Shown here: positions 1 to 9,477 of the stretch, in pieces | How the letters are laid out: the number at the start of each line of letters is the position of its first letter | Numbering within the stretch: the stretch's first letter is position 1 | Assembly (NCBI GenBank): GCA_902796265.1 | Contig: CADBOG010000137.1 | Span: forward strand, 5,243 to 69,242 | Direction: 5' to 3' | From: an uncultured Bacteroidota bacterium | Lineage (GTDB): Bacteria > Bacteroidota > Bacteroidia > Bacteroidales > P3 | DNA: 64,000 nucleotides | Notes under the pieces: generated by a model | Seen by the model: only the letters and a program-made list of their open reading frames with translations | Database searches by the model: none | What the model was told of the DNA's origin: nothing | Made by a program: the position numbers and the translations under genes

Positions 1-388
1 AAATATATCTTATCCCATATTCTATTGAACTACACCATGTTAATGAGTAAATGCACCAGATAATGTATACTAAATATGCAATAGTTCCAGGTCCCCATTT
101 TGGTCGCTCAACACAGACAAAGAGCGACATGAGAAGCGCAACCTCGAGGAGTAATAGTCGTATTGCTTGAAGATTGAAACCACCTCCAGCACCATGTCCT
201 CCACCAGCTGAGGATAAAGCTAGAGTTCCAGTTGCAAAGAGCAGTATAAAGAACATCTCGGTTCCCTCAATCAGTATGTAACGACTGCTGTTCAAGGGAT
301 CCTTGATACGAGCACTGTAACGGAACATGAAGATGAAAAAGTATGCGTTCAGTACTAGAAAGACTATGAGATTGATTATTCCGCTCAT
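1..388 (-). CDS. Polysaccharide polymerase / O-antigen-ligase-like (Wzy/EpsG-type) integral membrane protein; only the N-terminal part is present and the gene runs off the left edge
   Basis: Not in the ORF track. My own translation of the minus strand from the ATG at 388-386 is open down to position 2: MSGIINLIVFLVLNAYFFIFMFRYSARIKDPLNSS...GGGHGAGGGFNLQAIRLLLLEVALLMSLFV.... It is strongly hydrophobic with multiple TM segments and is the last visible gene of the GT/Wzc/Wza operon. The family assignment rests on context only. Confidence 0.5.
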   Translation of the reverse strand, partial: MSGIINLIVFLVLNAYFFIFMFRYSARIKDPLNSSRYILIEGTEMFFILLFATGTLALSSAGGGHGAGGGFNLQAIRLLLLEVALLMSLFVCVERPKWGPGTIAYLVYIIWCIYSLTWCSSIEYGIRYI

Positions 389-454
389 TATTCTGTCACA
401 CTCTTTTCTCTTAGAGTATTATTTGGTAATAGTATCCTTGTAAGATTTTTATTA

Positions 455-1594
455 TTAAACAGACAAAAGCCATTCCACTCTTTGTTTATATGCTTCGAAA
501 CTGTATTGTTTAGCTGTGACTATAGCGTTGTGGCACATAGATTGAAGAGTCTTTTTGTCTTTATATATATCTAGAGTTTTTGTAGCAAGATCTTCATTGT
601 TCAATGGTTCAAAGTGAATCCCGTCATATCCGTCATGTACTATTTCTTTCAATCCTCCTACGTTGGAAGCGATGACTGGGCAGCCTTGTCCCATAGCTTC
701 TATAGCAGAAAGACCGAAACCTTCGCTACGTGATGGTACCCAAACCAGAGTCATTCGTCTGTAATAGTCAGATAACTTACGGTAGTCGACCATACCAGCC
801 CATTCAATATTATCTTTAGGAATATTAAACAATTTCTGCTGCTCAAACATTTTATCTTTCAGCTTACCATCGCCGACTACCAGTAGTCTTGTGTTTGGTT
901 GAGATTCCAGTACTTTAGCAAAGGCTGGAATGACCAAGTCAACACCCTTTATTTCTTCTAATCGAGCAACGAGACCGATTGTGAATTGATAATTGTTAAT
1001 TGAGAATTGAGAGGTATTGAAGGGGTAGTCTTTTGGAAGGCAGTTAGGGAGGGTACAGTGACCATGTTTAGTATTTATGCCTTTGCTGTCAATAATGTGG
1101 CTGCTGCCGAAGAAATTACGCTCGGCTGTTTCTGTGACGCATGTGAAGAGCCTTGCAACATGGCGTTGAAGAAAGTGGATAAGCCTCAGATTCTTATATA
1201 TGTCTGCATCGGTGTGGAGCATGGCAACGATATTCTTTATGCCAAGTCGTCTTAAAATGATGACAGGCATGGCTCCAGGTGCCATATATTGAACCATAGC
1301 CACCTTAGGTCTAAACTCTTTTACAACTCTTGCCAGTCCTATCTTCAAAAAAGAATATGTCTCACGTTGACTAGCAGGTCTTTTCCCGTATGCTGAAAGA
1401 CAGACGACTCTACTGCCAGCCTTTTCGAATAGCTGAACAATTCTGAAGTCGTATTCAAAGTAGCAGACTGTTACGCAATGATGCCCATTGTCGACAAGTG
1501 CCTCGACAAGTCGTAGTGTCTGCATCTCTGTGCCGCCTGTCAGCAGGCATGGAATGGCGATAAGTGTTGAAAATTTTGACATTAGTCGAGACAT
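455..1594 (-). CDS. Glycosyltransferase, GT4 (Glycos_transf_1) family
   Basis: 379-aa ORF with a GT-B C-terminal signature, VPSRSEGFGLSAIEAMGQGCPVIASNVGGLKEIV. The alternative start at M5 (1582) would give a TAATG stop/start overlap with the upstream GT. Confidence 0.9.
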   Translation of the reverse strand: MSRLMSKFSTLIAIPCLLTGGTEMQTLRLVEALVDNGHHCVTVCYFEYDFRIVQLFEKAGSRVVCLSAYGKRPASQRETYSFLKIGLARVVKEFRPKVAMVQYMAPGAMPVIILRRLGIKNIVAMLHTDADIYKNLRLIHFLQRHVARLFTCVTETAERNFFGSSHIIDSKGINTKHGHCTLPNCLPKDYPFNTSQFSINNYQFTIGLVARLEEIKGVDLVIPAFAKVLESQPNTRLLVVGDGKLKDKMFEQQKLFNIPKDNIEWAGMVDYRKLSDYYRRMTLVWVPSRSEGFGLSAIEAMGQGCPVIASNVGGLKEIVHDGYDGIHFEPLNNEDLATKTLDIYKDKKTLQSMCHNAIVTAKQYSFEAYKQRVEWLLSV

Positions 1595-2676
1595 TTCATA
1601 TAAACATCCAATGTCTGCTGAGCACAGCGTTCCCAGGAAAAGCGAGATGCCTGATTAATGCAACTGTCTCGAAAATCACTCTTCTTTATCTCTCCCTGCT
1701 CGAAACGCTCCATTATTCGACTCATTTCCTCGATATCGTCAGGATCGACATATATTGCAGCCTCTCCGCCAACCTCAGGAAGTGAACTATTGTTGCATGT
1801 GATGACAGGTGTGCCGCAGGCCATTGATTCAAGTACTGGCAGACCGAATCCTTCGTAGCGTGAAGGGAAGAATGTGGCTGTCGCCTCGTTATAGAGGACG
1901 CTGAGTCGCTCATCGTCAATGGCACTATTAATATAAATATGATTTACGAGATGGTCTTGATTGCAGTAACGCCAGGCTTCGATAGGAATGTTTGGCCACA
2001 CAAGAACTAGCTCGTGCTGAGGGTTCTGTTTTACAATGCTCTCGTATGCTTTTATGACCGACATTGTGTTTTTACGTCCCATGCTGCAAGATACGGCAAG
2101 AAAGTAAGGATTGCCACGTTTCTTCCCCTTTTCAGGATGGAAGAGATCTTTGCGATAACCCCAAGGGCAGACAAAAACGTGATTCTCTGCAATATCCATA
2201 AAATGCATTATGTCGCGTTTGGAAGACTCGGAACAGGTGATTATGCCTCTGCAACGTTTGGCAAGGGTGGGGTAGATGCGTTGGGCATTCTCGTGGTCGA
2301 AACTTTCGTCAGGCCTGGCGAAGAACATGGCATCATGCATGGTGACAATAGTTCGCTCAGGTTTCTTTACCCATTCAAAGTTGTGAGGTATATGTAATAG
2401 GTCGTATTTTGTAATAATCTCGCGTAGATGTGTCTGTCCAAGTAGTTTGTTGAACCAGCTTTTATGTGGCGCATAGAGGTGGCGTGTGTCAAAGTGTGTG
2501 TTAAGCAACTTACCATTTATGCCTTTTGTGTTCTGACTGTAAAGGACAATATCTACTGGAAGCGACTCTATTTGATTGAGTGCTTCAATTAGCTCTTTTG
2601 TAGTACGGCCTATGCCTGAAATCCACCCTTTTGTATAGTAGGGTAGAACGGAATTGATGTCAATGGCTACACGCAT
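1582..2676 (-). CDS. Glycosyltransferase, GT4 family
   Basis: 364-aa ORF with the motif FPSRYEGFGLPVLESMACGTPVITCNNSSLPEVGG. It is translationally coupled to the downstream GT. Confidence 0.9.
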   Translation of the reverse strand: MRVAIDINSVLPYYTKGWISGIGRTTKELIEALNQIESLPVDIVLYSQNTKGINGKLLNTHFDTRHLYAPHKSWFNKLLGQTHLREIITKYDLLHIPHNFEWVKKPERTIVTMHDAMFFARPDESFDHENAQRIYPTLAKRCRGIITCSESSKRDIMHFMDIAENHVFVCPWGYRKDLFHPEKGKKRGNPYFLAVSCSMGRKNTMSVIKAYESIVKQNPQHELVLVWPNIPIEAWRYCNQDHLVNHIYINSAIDDERLSVLYNEATATFFPSRYEGFGLPVLESMACGTPVITCNNSSLPEVGGEAAIYVDPDDIEEMSRIMERFEQGEIKKSDFRDSCINQASRFSWERCAQQTLDVYMKCLD

Positions 2677-2704
2677 TTTGTAGGGTTTAAAGATTGCTTG
2701 AAGA

Positions 2705-3889
2705 TTATGAATGGTTTACGATTTCTTTGAGAAATACATCCCAGTCATGTGTAATGATGCGTTTTAGGAATCGTTTGAGGTAGTTTTGTTCTGCAACGGT
2801 TCCCAATTTTGAGACGAGTTCTTTGTTGTTCCAAAGTGATACAATATTTTGCTCTAAACTGTCTATATCACATGGCTTGAAGAGTCTTCCTCCAACTTCA
2901 TGGCTATCAGGGTCGGTCATAAGGTCTGGAAAGGCACCGTGATTAGGTGCCACACAGCATCGCCCGTGTGATGAAGCCTCAAGAAGTACAATTGGAAAGC
3001 CCTCGTAGCAACGACTTGGAATAACAATAAAAGCTGCATTCTCGTAGAATCTTGCAATGCGATCTGTTTGCAGCAATCCACATAATTTTACATTTTGTGG
3101 TATTGTTTCATTCATGCCTTCTCGTATCGTACCAGCAAAACAGAAATCAATCTCTGGATGGCGACGAGCTACCTCAAAGAGCATATCGTAGCCTTTCTCA
3201 TAGCTCAGGCGGCCAACATATCCAACAAAACCCTTGCCCCAAGACTCAGTTTCTGCATTTGGTTCTTCAGGTTCTTCATACTTCACGTAGCTGTTCATCA
3301 GTTTGATTTTGTTGGATGGAAATCCTGCTTCAATAAGTTTTTGGCATTGAAATTCTGTCAGACAACAGAAATAGTCGACGTTGTCGAGATAGGCTCTTGA
3401 GCGTCGTGCTACCATATTACGCAGTGCATAACCTAGTGAGCGAAAACGATCATGTTCACAGTTGAAACGTATGCAGTCGCGTTCGTTGCCATTGCGGAGA
3501 CAATTCTCGCAGGGTTTACCGTCTCGCAGGAAAAGCCCAGTTGGGCACATCAAACGGTAGTTGTGTACAGTCATGATTACTGGCACTCCAGCTTTGTGGC
3601 AAAGGGGCAGAACAGCAGGTGAAATGAAAGGGTAGAGGTTATGTATGTGAACTATGTCGGGCTTGAATGTCTTAAGTGCCTCACGCATCATGCGACGTCC
3701 AGAGAAACTATAAATTCCGGCGAAGAAACCCTTGATACGTCCCCAAAAATTCTCCCTTGAAAATTTTGATGTGCGACGCAGAGTCTCAATTTCTATACCA
3801 GCTCTGCGTCCATCGGCAATCATTCTGTCGACTACAGCCTCTTCACCGCTGTATTTGCCGTAGTCGTTATGAACCATTAATATCTTCAA
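2705..3889 (-). CDS. Glycosyltransferase, GT4 family
   Basis: 394-aa ORF. It has an N-terminal Glyco_trans_4-like region (KILMVHNDYGKYSGEE) and the C-terminal motif IPSRCYEGFPIVLLEASSHGRCCVAPNHGAFPDL. Confidence 0.88.
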   Translation of the reverse strand: MKILMVHNDYGKYSGEEAVVDRMIADGRRAGIEIETLRRTSKFSRENFWGRIKGFFAGIYSFSGRRMMREALKTFKPDIVHIHNLYPFISPAVLPLCHKAGVPVIMTVHNYRLMCPTGLFLRDGKPCENCLRNGNERDCIRFNCEHDRFRSLGYALRNMVARRSRAYLDNVDYFCCLTEFQCQKLIEAGFPSNKIKLMNSYVKYEEPEEPNAETESWGKGFVGYVGRLSYEKGYDMLFEVARRHPEIDFCFAGTIREGMNETIPQNVKLCGLLQTDRIARFYENAAFIVIPSRCYEGFPIVLLEASSHGRCCVAPNHGAFPDLMTDPDSHEVGGRLFKPCDIDSLEQNIVSLWNNKELVSKLGTVAEQNYLKRFLKRIITHDWDVFLKEIVNHS

Positions 3890-3933
3890 GGGAGAATTGG
3901 TTTTTCTTTAATAGATTTTGAATTAAGCCATTA

Positions 3934-5460
3934 TTAATATGTTGCTACTCCACCGCCAGCTTTGCGCTGAGATTTCATCTCTTCAAATGCTTGTATTACG
4001 GCTGGATGCTCCATAATAATGACTGTGGTACGGTTGAGAATGTATGGGTCATAGTCAAGTATGCCTCCAATCCACTCGCGTTTAATCTGCTCTTTGGGAA
4101 TATCATACTCGTAGATTAACTTATTGTAAACTACGTCAGCACGGTTCTCGCTCAGGAACCAGTTACGTTTGATGGTACCTGTCTTTGCGTCTGCTGAACC
4201 ATAGAGCATGAATTTGTATTCGGGGAAGGCCTTCATGATGCGTGCCATCTTGGCAATCTTCAGCTCCTCTTGTGGACGGATATCCCATTTATCGCGTTCG
4301 AAGAAGACCATCTCGTAGGGCAGCAGACGTTTCTTGAGTATGCTGCTCAACTTGGCATCGGTAGGTATGCTGTTGAATTTGTCTATCAGTTCTTGACGTT
4401 TCTTCTCTAAATCATTTTTGCGTCTGATAGTCTCCTCATCGTTGATAGTGTCGGTTATTACGACAAGCAGTGTGTCAATGACTTCTATCACATCGACATC
4501 CTCAATCTGGACATAGTTGATGAAACGTGGAATACTGTCGGGATCCATATTGTATGGAAGCATGTTTTGTTCCACATAATACTTCAGACGTTTTGTTTTG
4601 CTTCGCCAGTTGAAATTGTATGCAAGACCGCCCATGACATTGATGTTCATATCGGGTGTCATCTTCTCAACTCCAGGAATCTTCTCGCGGTCGAAAAGAC
4701 CCTCGAGGAGTGAGAGGCGTGCATCGATATGGAAACTCCAATGTCTTGAGATGTTGTAACTGAAAATATATCCGATATGACCCTCGGCTGCAAAGTTGGT
4801 GTTGACTGCTGTAATTTGAGGGTGCTTCTCGTTAAGACCCATGCGGATGTTGAAGCCGATATAGCCCATGTGCTCCCATTTACGGTCAAGACGAACCTTG
4901 TCATAGCGTTTCAAGTAGCTGAAGTTGACCATGAAGTCGAGTCCGGCATAGATGTAATCCCATTTTTGCAGAAGCACATCATCGTGACCGTCCAATGGCC
5001 AGTAGTAACCTCCGAGGGCACCATCGTTGAATGTTGTGTTGCCGATGGTTGTAGGGATGTTGTTTACACCATAGCTGGTACCATATCCTGCGACGGAGCG
5101 AATTTCGTCTCTATTTTGGGCGTATGAATCGAGGGTAATGAAGCCATGTGATGTTCCATAACCTGCGACGGCACGAAGACCCATCATTGGGAAAATCCAG
5201 CGGCCTATGTATCCTTCAACATTTCCAGTAAGATGGCTGCCAAGAGGACCTTTGAAGTCTTCATAGCCGCAGTATAACTGTCCACCACCTTGTATGCCGA
5301 TAACCCAGTTGTCGAACGTGTGTGAGCGAATCCAACCAACGTTGTGCTCACCTCGTTCACGAACAGTATCAGCCGAGTGATGGTGCTCATGACGCTCAAC
5401 TTGAGCCTGTAGGGTTAAACCTGTTGAGATAAGTGCGATAAGTATAAATAACTTTTTCAT
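3934..5460 (-). CDS. OmpA-family outer membrane protein: N-terminal beta-barrel-like region, short coiled coil, C-terminal OmpA_C peptidoglycan-binding domain
   Basis: Signal peptide MKKLFILIALISTGLTLQAQ and a Gly/Tyr/aromatic-rich N-terminal half. The C-terminal OmpA_C signature is FFERDKWDIRPQE...GSADAKTGTIKRNWFLSENRADVVYNKLI. It is a paralog of the adjacent gene. Confidence 0.85.
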   Translation of the reverse strand: MKKLFILIALISTGLTLQAQVERHEHHHSADTVRERGEHNVGWIRSHTFDNWVIGIQGGGQLYCGYEDFKGPLGSHLTGNVEGYIGRWIFPMMGLRAVAGYGTSHGFITLDSYAQNRDEIRSVAGYGTSYGVNNIPTTIGNTTFNDGALGGYYWPLDGHDDVLLQKWDYIYAGLDFMVNFSYLKRYDKVRLDRKWEHMGYIGFNIRMGLNEKHPQITAVNTNFAAEGHIGYIFSYNISRHWSFHIDARLSLLEGLFDREKIPGVEKMTPDMNINVMGGLAYNFNWRSKTKRLKYYVEQNMLPYNMDPDSIPRFINYVQIEDVDVIEVIDTLLVVITDTINDEETIRRKNDLEKKRQELIDKFNSIPTDAKLSSILKKRLLPYEMVFFERDKWDIRPQEELKIAKMARIMKAFPEYKFMLYGSADAKTGTIKRNWFLSENRADVVYNKLIYEYDIPKEQIKREWIGGILDYDPYILNRTTVIIMEHPAVIQAFEEMKSQRKAGGGVATY

Positions 5461-5465
5461 ATTCT

Positions 5466-6956
5466 TTAATCTTCAATTTTAATATCACGTCCGCCAGCCT
5501 GTCCTTTAGCTCGCATCTCTTGGAATATCCTGCGGACGTATGGGTGATCCATGAGAATTACGGTGCAGCGGTTCAATTCGAATGGGATGAAATCGAGAAC
5601 ACCGCCACGGTACTCGCGACTTAAACGTGTGGAATCGATGCCGTATTCTGTGACAAGGGAATTGTAAATCACATCTGAACGAACATGACTCAGGAATATG
5701 TTACGTTTGACGGTACCTGTCTTTGAGTCAGCTGAACCTATAAGTATGTATTTAGTGTCAGGGAATGCCTCCATGATTTGTACCATCTTTTCTATCTTTG
5801 ACACTTCGCTTGGCAGGATGTCCCATTTGTCGCGTTCGAAGAATATTTGCTCGTAAGGTAGTATCAGGCCAAGTGTGTTCGTGTCTAGTGCGTCGTATGG
5901 TTCATCGTCGCCATTAAGAAGCGAGAGCCAGCGGTCGATGTCGTTTGTGAGCCAGAATAGGGTGTCCTGCATACCAGGGGTAGGCATTGTGTCATGGACA
6001 TTCTTGGTGATGGTGGTGTCTGTGATGGAGGTGAAGTTGGTGTCACGCATCTTGACATAGAAGAAGTGGGTGACATTGTGGCTGTCTACTAGCTGATGTT
6101 CTTTGGCTCGGAAATAGTCGCGCTCATCTTGAGTACGGGCATGGAATTTATAAGTGACGCCAATATGGAAGTTGGCTACAGGGTCAAGGCCAACTCCTGA
6201 AGACTCAAGCTCTGGAACCCATTCGCGGTCGAAGAGTCTTTCGATAAATGACAGACGAGCATCTGCATATATGCTCCAGTTAGGATTGAAGTTATATTTC
6301 GCAATATAACCGAAATGACCCTCTGTGCGATGGTTGGTTGTATCAGTCTCCGATTGTGCATATTTGTTGTGGACACCAATATAAAGAATATTATTCCAAC
6401 GACTGTATGGGTTGTAGTTTCGGGAGCCTTTAAGGATAGCTAAATCCAGGAAGAGGTCGCCTCCAAAATAGAAATATTTCCATTTATGTATCAGCAAATC
6501 ATTATTACCTTCGTAATTCCAGTAGTATCCACCGTATTGAGGATCGCTTTGTCCTGAAAAACCATGTGCCAATATTGATTGTCCATATTGGTTGTAATGA
6601 TCCTTTGTGAGGAATCCATGTGCATAACCATAACCCAATCCTAAACGGAATCCGAACATGGGAAAGATCCTGCGTCCGAACTGGAACTCGGCATTACCAG
6701 TTAGACGATCAAGGAAATTGCCTTTGCGGTCGTCTGTGCCGTAATAAAGCTGTCCACCGCCCTGCAGTTGGAAGAACCAGTCGTCGAGAAGGTGAGCCCT
6801 TACCCAACCAACGCCTTTTTTGCCATTGACAACAGCAGTATCGTCGGAGTGATAGATGTCGCCACGAGGCGTATAGCGGTTTATGTCCCATTGTGCATTG
6901 GCAGTGAGACAGAAAATCATTGTTAATGGTAGTAGTACTAAGAATTTCGTTTTCAT
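5466..6956 (-). CDS. OmpA-family outer membrane protein (tandem paralog of 3934-5460)
   Basis: Signal peptide MKTKFLVLLPLTMIFCLTANAQ. The architecture matches its neighbour (GVGWVRAHLLDDWFFQLQGGGQLYYG vs NVGWIRSHTFDNWVIGIQGGGQLYCG). C-terminal motif: FFERDKWDILPSE...GSADSKTGTVKRNIFLSHVRSDVIYNSLV. Confidence 0.85.
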   Translation of the reverse strand: MKTKFLVLLPLTMIFCLTANAQWDINRYTPRGDIYHSDDTAVVNGKKGVGWVRAHLLDDWFFQLQGGGQLYYGTDDRKGNFLDRLTGNAEFQFGRRIFPMFGFRLGLGYGYAHGFLTKDHYNQYGQSILAHGFSGQSDPQYGGYYWNYEGNNDLLIHKWKYFYFGGDLFLDLAILKGSRNYNPYSRWNNILYIGVHNKYAQSETDTTNHRTEGHFGYIAKYNFNPNWSIYADARLSFIERLFDREWVPELESSGVGLDPVANFHIGVTYKFHARTQDERDYFRAKEHQLVDSHNVTHFFYVKMRDTNFTSITDTTITKNVHDTMPTPGMQDTLFWLTNDIDRWLSLLNGDDEPYDALDTNTLGLILPYEQIFFERDKWDILPSEVSKIEKMVQIMEAFPDTKYILIGSADSKTGTVKRNIFLSHVRSDVIYNSLVTEYGIDSTRLSREYRGGVLDFIPFELNRCTVILMDHPYVRRIFQEMRAKGQAGGRDIKIED

Positions 6957-7000
6957 TAGAATGCGATTTGTCTTAGATGTCTAAAAAAATCTAAAAGGAA

Positions 7001-7012
7001 TTTTTTTTTTTT
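7001..7012. repeat. Homopolymer tract, T12 on plus strand (A12 on the coding minus strand), between the wzc stop and the OmpA-like start
   Basis: Read directly from the sequence: ggaa-tttttttttttt-cag at 7001-7012. Confidence 0.95.
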
Positions 7013-7016
7013 CAGT

Positions 7017-9425
7017 TTATTTATCAGTTGAACTTGTTTCATTTGAGCTATCATCTTGCTTGTCAGCCTCGTTGTCACCATAGCCATATCCATAGCCGTA
7101 ACCATAGCCGTAACCATAGCCATAGCCGTAACCATAACCGTAGCCATAACCTCCGTAGCCGTAGCTGTGCTTACGTATCTTGTAGTTGTTCAAGATAATG
7201 CTCATGTTTTTCAGCTTGCCTGTCTGATAGAAATCCTCAAGTTCCATAAGGATTCTGCGGTCACTGGTTTTCTCCTTGATGACAAAGAATGTGGCATCGA
7301 CAAAACGGTTGACAATGGTGGCATCAGAAACGATATCGATAGGCACACTATCGATGATGATAATATCGTAGTTGTTTCTTGCCCATTCTATCAACTCGTC
7401 AAAGCGATGGCTCATCAGCAACTCGGCAGGGTTAGGTGGGATAGGACCGTTGTGAATAACGTCAAGACCATCATAAATGCTATCTTTCGATATTATATCC
7501 TCTATACGACTTTCTTTTCCTGCAAGGTATGTGGTGAGACCATGTTTGAATTTTTCTTTGCTTCCATGCCAGCTTTCGCGTTTGCGGACATCGGAGTTGA
7601 CAAGCAGCACGCGTTCGCTAGCGTATGCGTAGGAGAGTGCTATGTTGTATGAGACCAAACTTTTGCCGTCACCAGACATGGTTGATGTGAGCATGAGCAC
7701 CTTGCCGCCTTTGATGTCACCAATCATGAATTGGATGTTACTGCGGAGAATACGGAAAGTCTCGTTAAATCGGTCTTTGCCACTCTTGGTGATGATTTTG
7801 GAACCGTCACCCTCCACCATAGGAATGATTCCAGCCACTGGAATCGAACAGTATGCCTCGACATCCTTTTTGCTGCGGATGCGGACGTCAAGCCACTTGA
7901 TGAGAAGTATGACACCGACGGGCAACAGTAAGGCGATGATGAATGCTAGAGTGTATGTGCGGCTCGGTACTGGGGACACCTTTCCGCCAGCAGCATAGTC
8001 TATTACGCGAGTGTCGGCATCGGTAATGGTCATTTTTAGGGCGTTTTCCTCACGCTTGTTGAGCAGGTAAAGATAAAGCTGCTCCTTGATTGACTGCTGA
8101 CGTACAAACGACTGCATCTCACGTCTTTGGGTAGGAACCATGCTTATCGCGGAGGCGGTTCGCATCTCTTGGTTGCGATATTCACGCATTCTGATTGAAG
8201 TCGACTGGATGTAGTTTTCAATAGAATGGATGATTGTGTTGCGCAACGTCGACATCTCCTGCTCCCTTTCAATCACCAATGGGCTTGTTCTACTTGAGCT
8301 GTTGATGAGAGTCTCATGCTCCTGAACACGCTTGTTATACTCATTGATTAATTGACTAACGCTACCGTCACCAATTGAAATGTTGGGCATAATAGCATAT
8401 TCGGGTGTCTCACGAATCTTGTTCTGAAGGTCACGGGCAATACGTATGGCAACCTCTTCTTCCACCGTGGACTGCACATACTGGCTACGACTATTGATGT
8501 TGCCTCCCAACTCGGTGTTCATATCGCTAATATTGTGGCGACGCATATAATCCTCAAGGTCGACCTCAACATCGGAGAGTTCGACACTTATTACTTGGAT
8601 TCGTTCCTCAATGAATCGTGCTGTATTCTCAGCTATACGATTCTTGTATTCAACTGTGCGGCGGTTGTAAGCTTCAATCCAAAGGTTGACAACGTCGATA
8701 CTCCTCTTCAGGTTGATGTCGGTCATGGAAAGACGGATATTACCTGCATCTACATCAACAATAGCAGCGCTCATACGTCCCAAATAGTATCCCGTTGCCT
8801 CTCCCAGCGGACGATATCGAAGTACAAGTTTTTCCTTATCAAAGTTGGCGTAACCGTCACGTTTGTTTATGACTATGACACCTTTGGGAGTTACTAAAGT
8901 GTCACCATAACTTGCTTCCCAAGTCATGGGCGAATGACCTTTCTCAGTTTCGATGGTTTTGATTGTGAAGTCGTCGTGTCGACATTCAATATCGAAGTTG
9001 CAGGCCGGGTAACTGTTGTCAATAAAATTGGCTATGATAGGTGATTTGTCATAGAGGTCTTCGTTCTGAAATAGATGGGGTTTGATATATGTCACCGTAA
9101 GGTTTAGTTTCTCAACAACATCCTGCACAACCTGATGAGACATGAAGAAGTGTATTTCCTTTTCTGCCGTGCTTGGAGAGCGGAATGCCTTCATCACATC
9201 CTGGCTAATCTGTGTGTCAGGCGAGTTGATCTGTATTGTGGCACCTACAGAGTAGGTATCGGGACTCATCTTGAGGTATAGCCATGCACAAATGAAGCAT
9301 ACCACCATCGAGACGATAATCCAGTACCATGCCGACATAAACAACTCAATGATGTTGTGGATGATGAACCGGTTAGTACTCTTTCTTACAACAGCCGATG
9401 TGTCAGTTTTTGCTTGGTCAATCAT
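7017..9425 (-). CDS. wzc: Polysaccharide biosynthesis tyrosine autokinase (Wzc/GumC-type PCP-2a: Wzz chain-length domain plus BY-kinase)
   Basis: 802-aa ORF with an N-terminal TM segment (WYWIIVSMVVCFICAWLYL), a long periplasmic coiled region and a second TM segment (LAFIIALLLPVGVILLI). The cytoplasmic P-loop is LTSTMSGDGKSLVS and a Walker-B-like segment is YDIIIIDSVP. A C-terminal Tyr cluster is present. Confidence 0.92.
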   Translation of the reverse strand: MIDQAKTDTSAVVRKSTNRFIIHNIIELFMSAWYWIIVSMVVCFICAWLYLKMSPDTYSVGATIQINSPDTQISQDVMKAFRSPSTAEKEIHFFMSHQVVQDVVEKLNLTVTYIKPHLFQNEDLYDKSPIIANFIDNSYPACNFDIECRHDDFTIKTIETEKGHSPMTWEASYGDTLVTPKGVIVINKRDGYANFDKEKLVLRYRPLGEATGYYLGRMSAAIVDVDAGNIRLSMTDINLKRSIDVVNLWIEAYNRRTVEYKNRIAENTARFIEERIQVISVELSDVEVDLEDYMRRHNISDMNTELGGNINSRSQYVQSTVEEEVAIRIARDLQNKIRETPEYAIMPNISIGDGSVSQLINEYNKRVQEHETLINSSSRTSPLVIEREQEMSTLRNTIIHSIENYIQSTSIRMREYRNQEMRTASAISMVPTQRREMQSFVRQQSIKEQLYLYLLNKREENALKMTITDADTRVIDYAAGGKVSPVPSRTYTLAFIIALLLPVGVILLIKWLDVRIRSKKDVEAYCSIPVAGIIPMVEGDGSKIITKSGKDRFNETFRILRSNIQFMIGDIKGGKVLMLTSTMSGDGKSLVSYNIALSYAYASERVLLVNSDVRKRESWHGSKEKFKHGLTTYLAGKESRIEDIISKDSIYDGLDVIHNGPIPPNPAELLMSHRFDELIEWARNNYDIIIIDSVPIDIVSDATIVNRFVDATFFVIKEKTSDRRILMELEDFYQTGKLKNMSIILNNYKIRKHSYGYGGYGYGYGYGYGYGYGYGYGYGYGYGDNEADKQDDSSNETSSTDK
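7077..7163 (-). repeat. Coding hexanucleotide microsatellite (TAYGGN)n that encodes YGYGG(YG)12, the tyrosine cluster of Wzc
   Basis: Codon-by-codon reading gives 29 codons and 14 Tyr. The units are imperfect at synonymous positions (tac/tat, ggc/ggt/gga). Confidence 0.95.
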
Positions 9426-9477
9426 ATTTAGGATTTACAGTTTGTTCAATTAAGCCAACTGTGTGCAGTTGAATTAT

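Noticed and set aside
6956-7147. 63-aa ORF with a striking MATVMVTAMAMVTAMVTAMDMAMV repeat
   Set aside because: It is just another reading frame of the (TAYGGN)n microsatellite that encodes the Wzc (YG)12 tail. It extends across the wzc stop into intergenic DNA and has no independent support.
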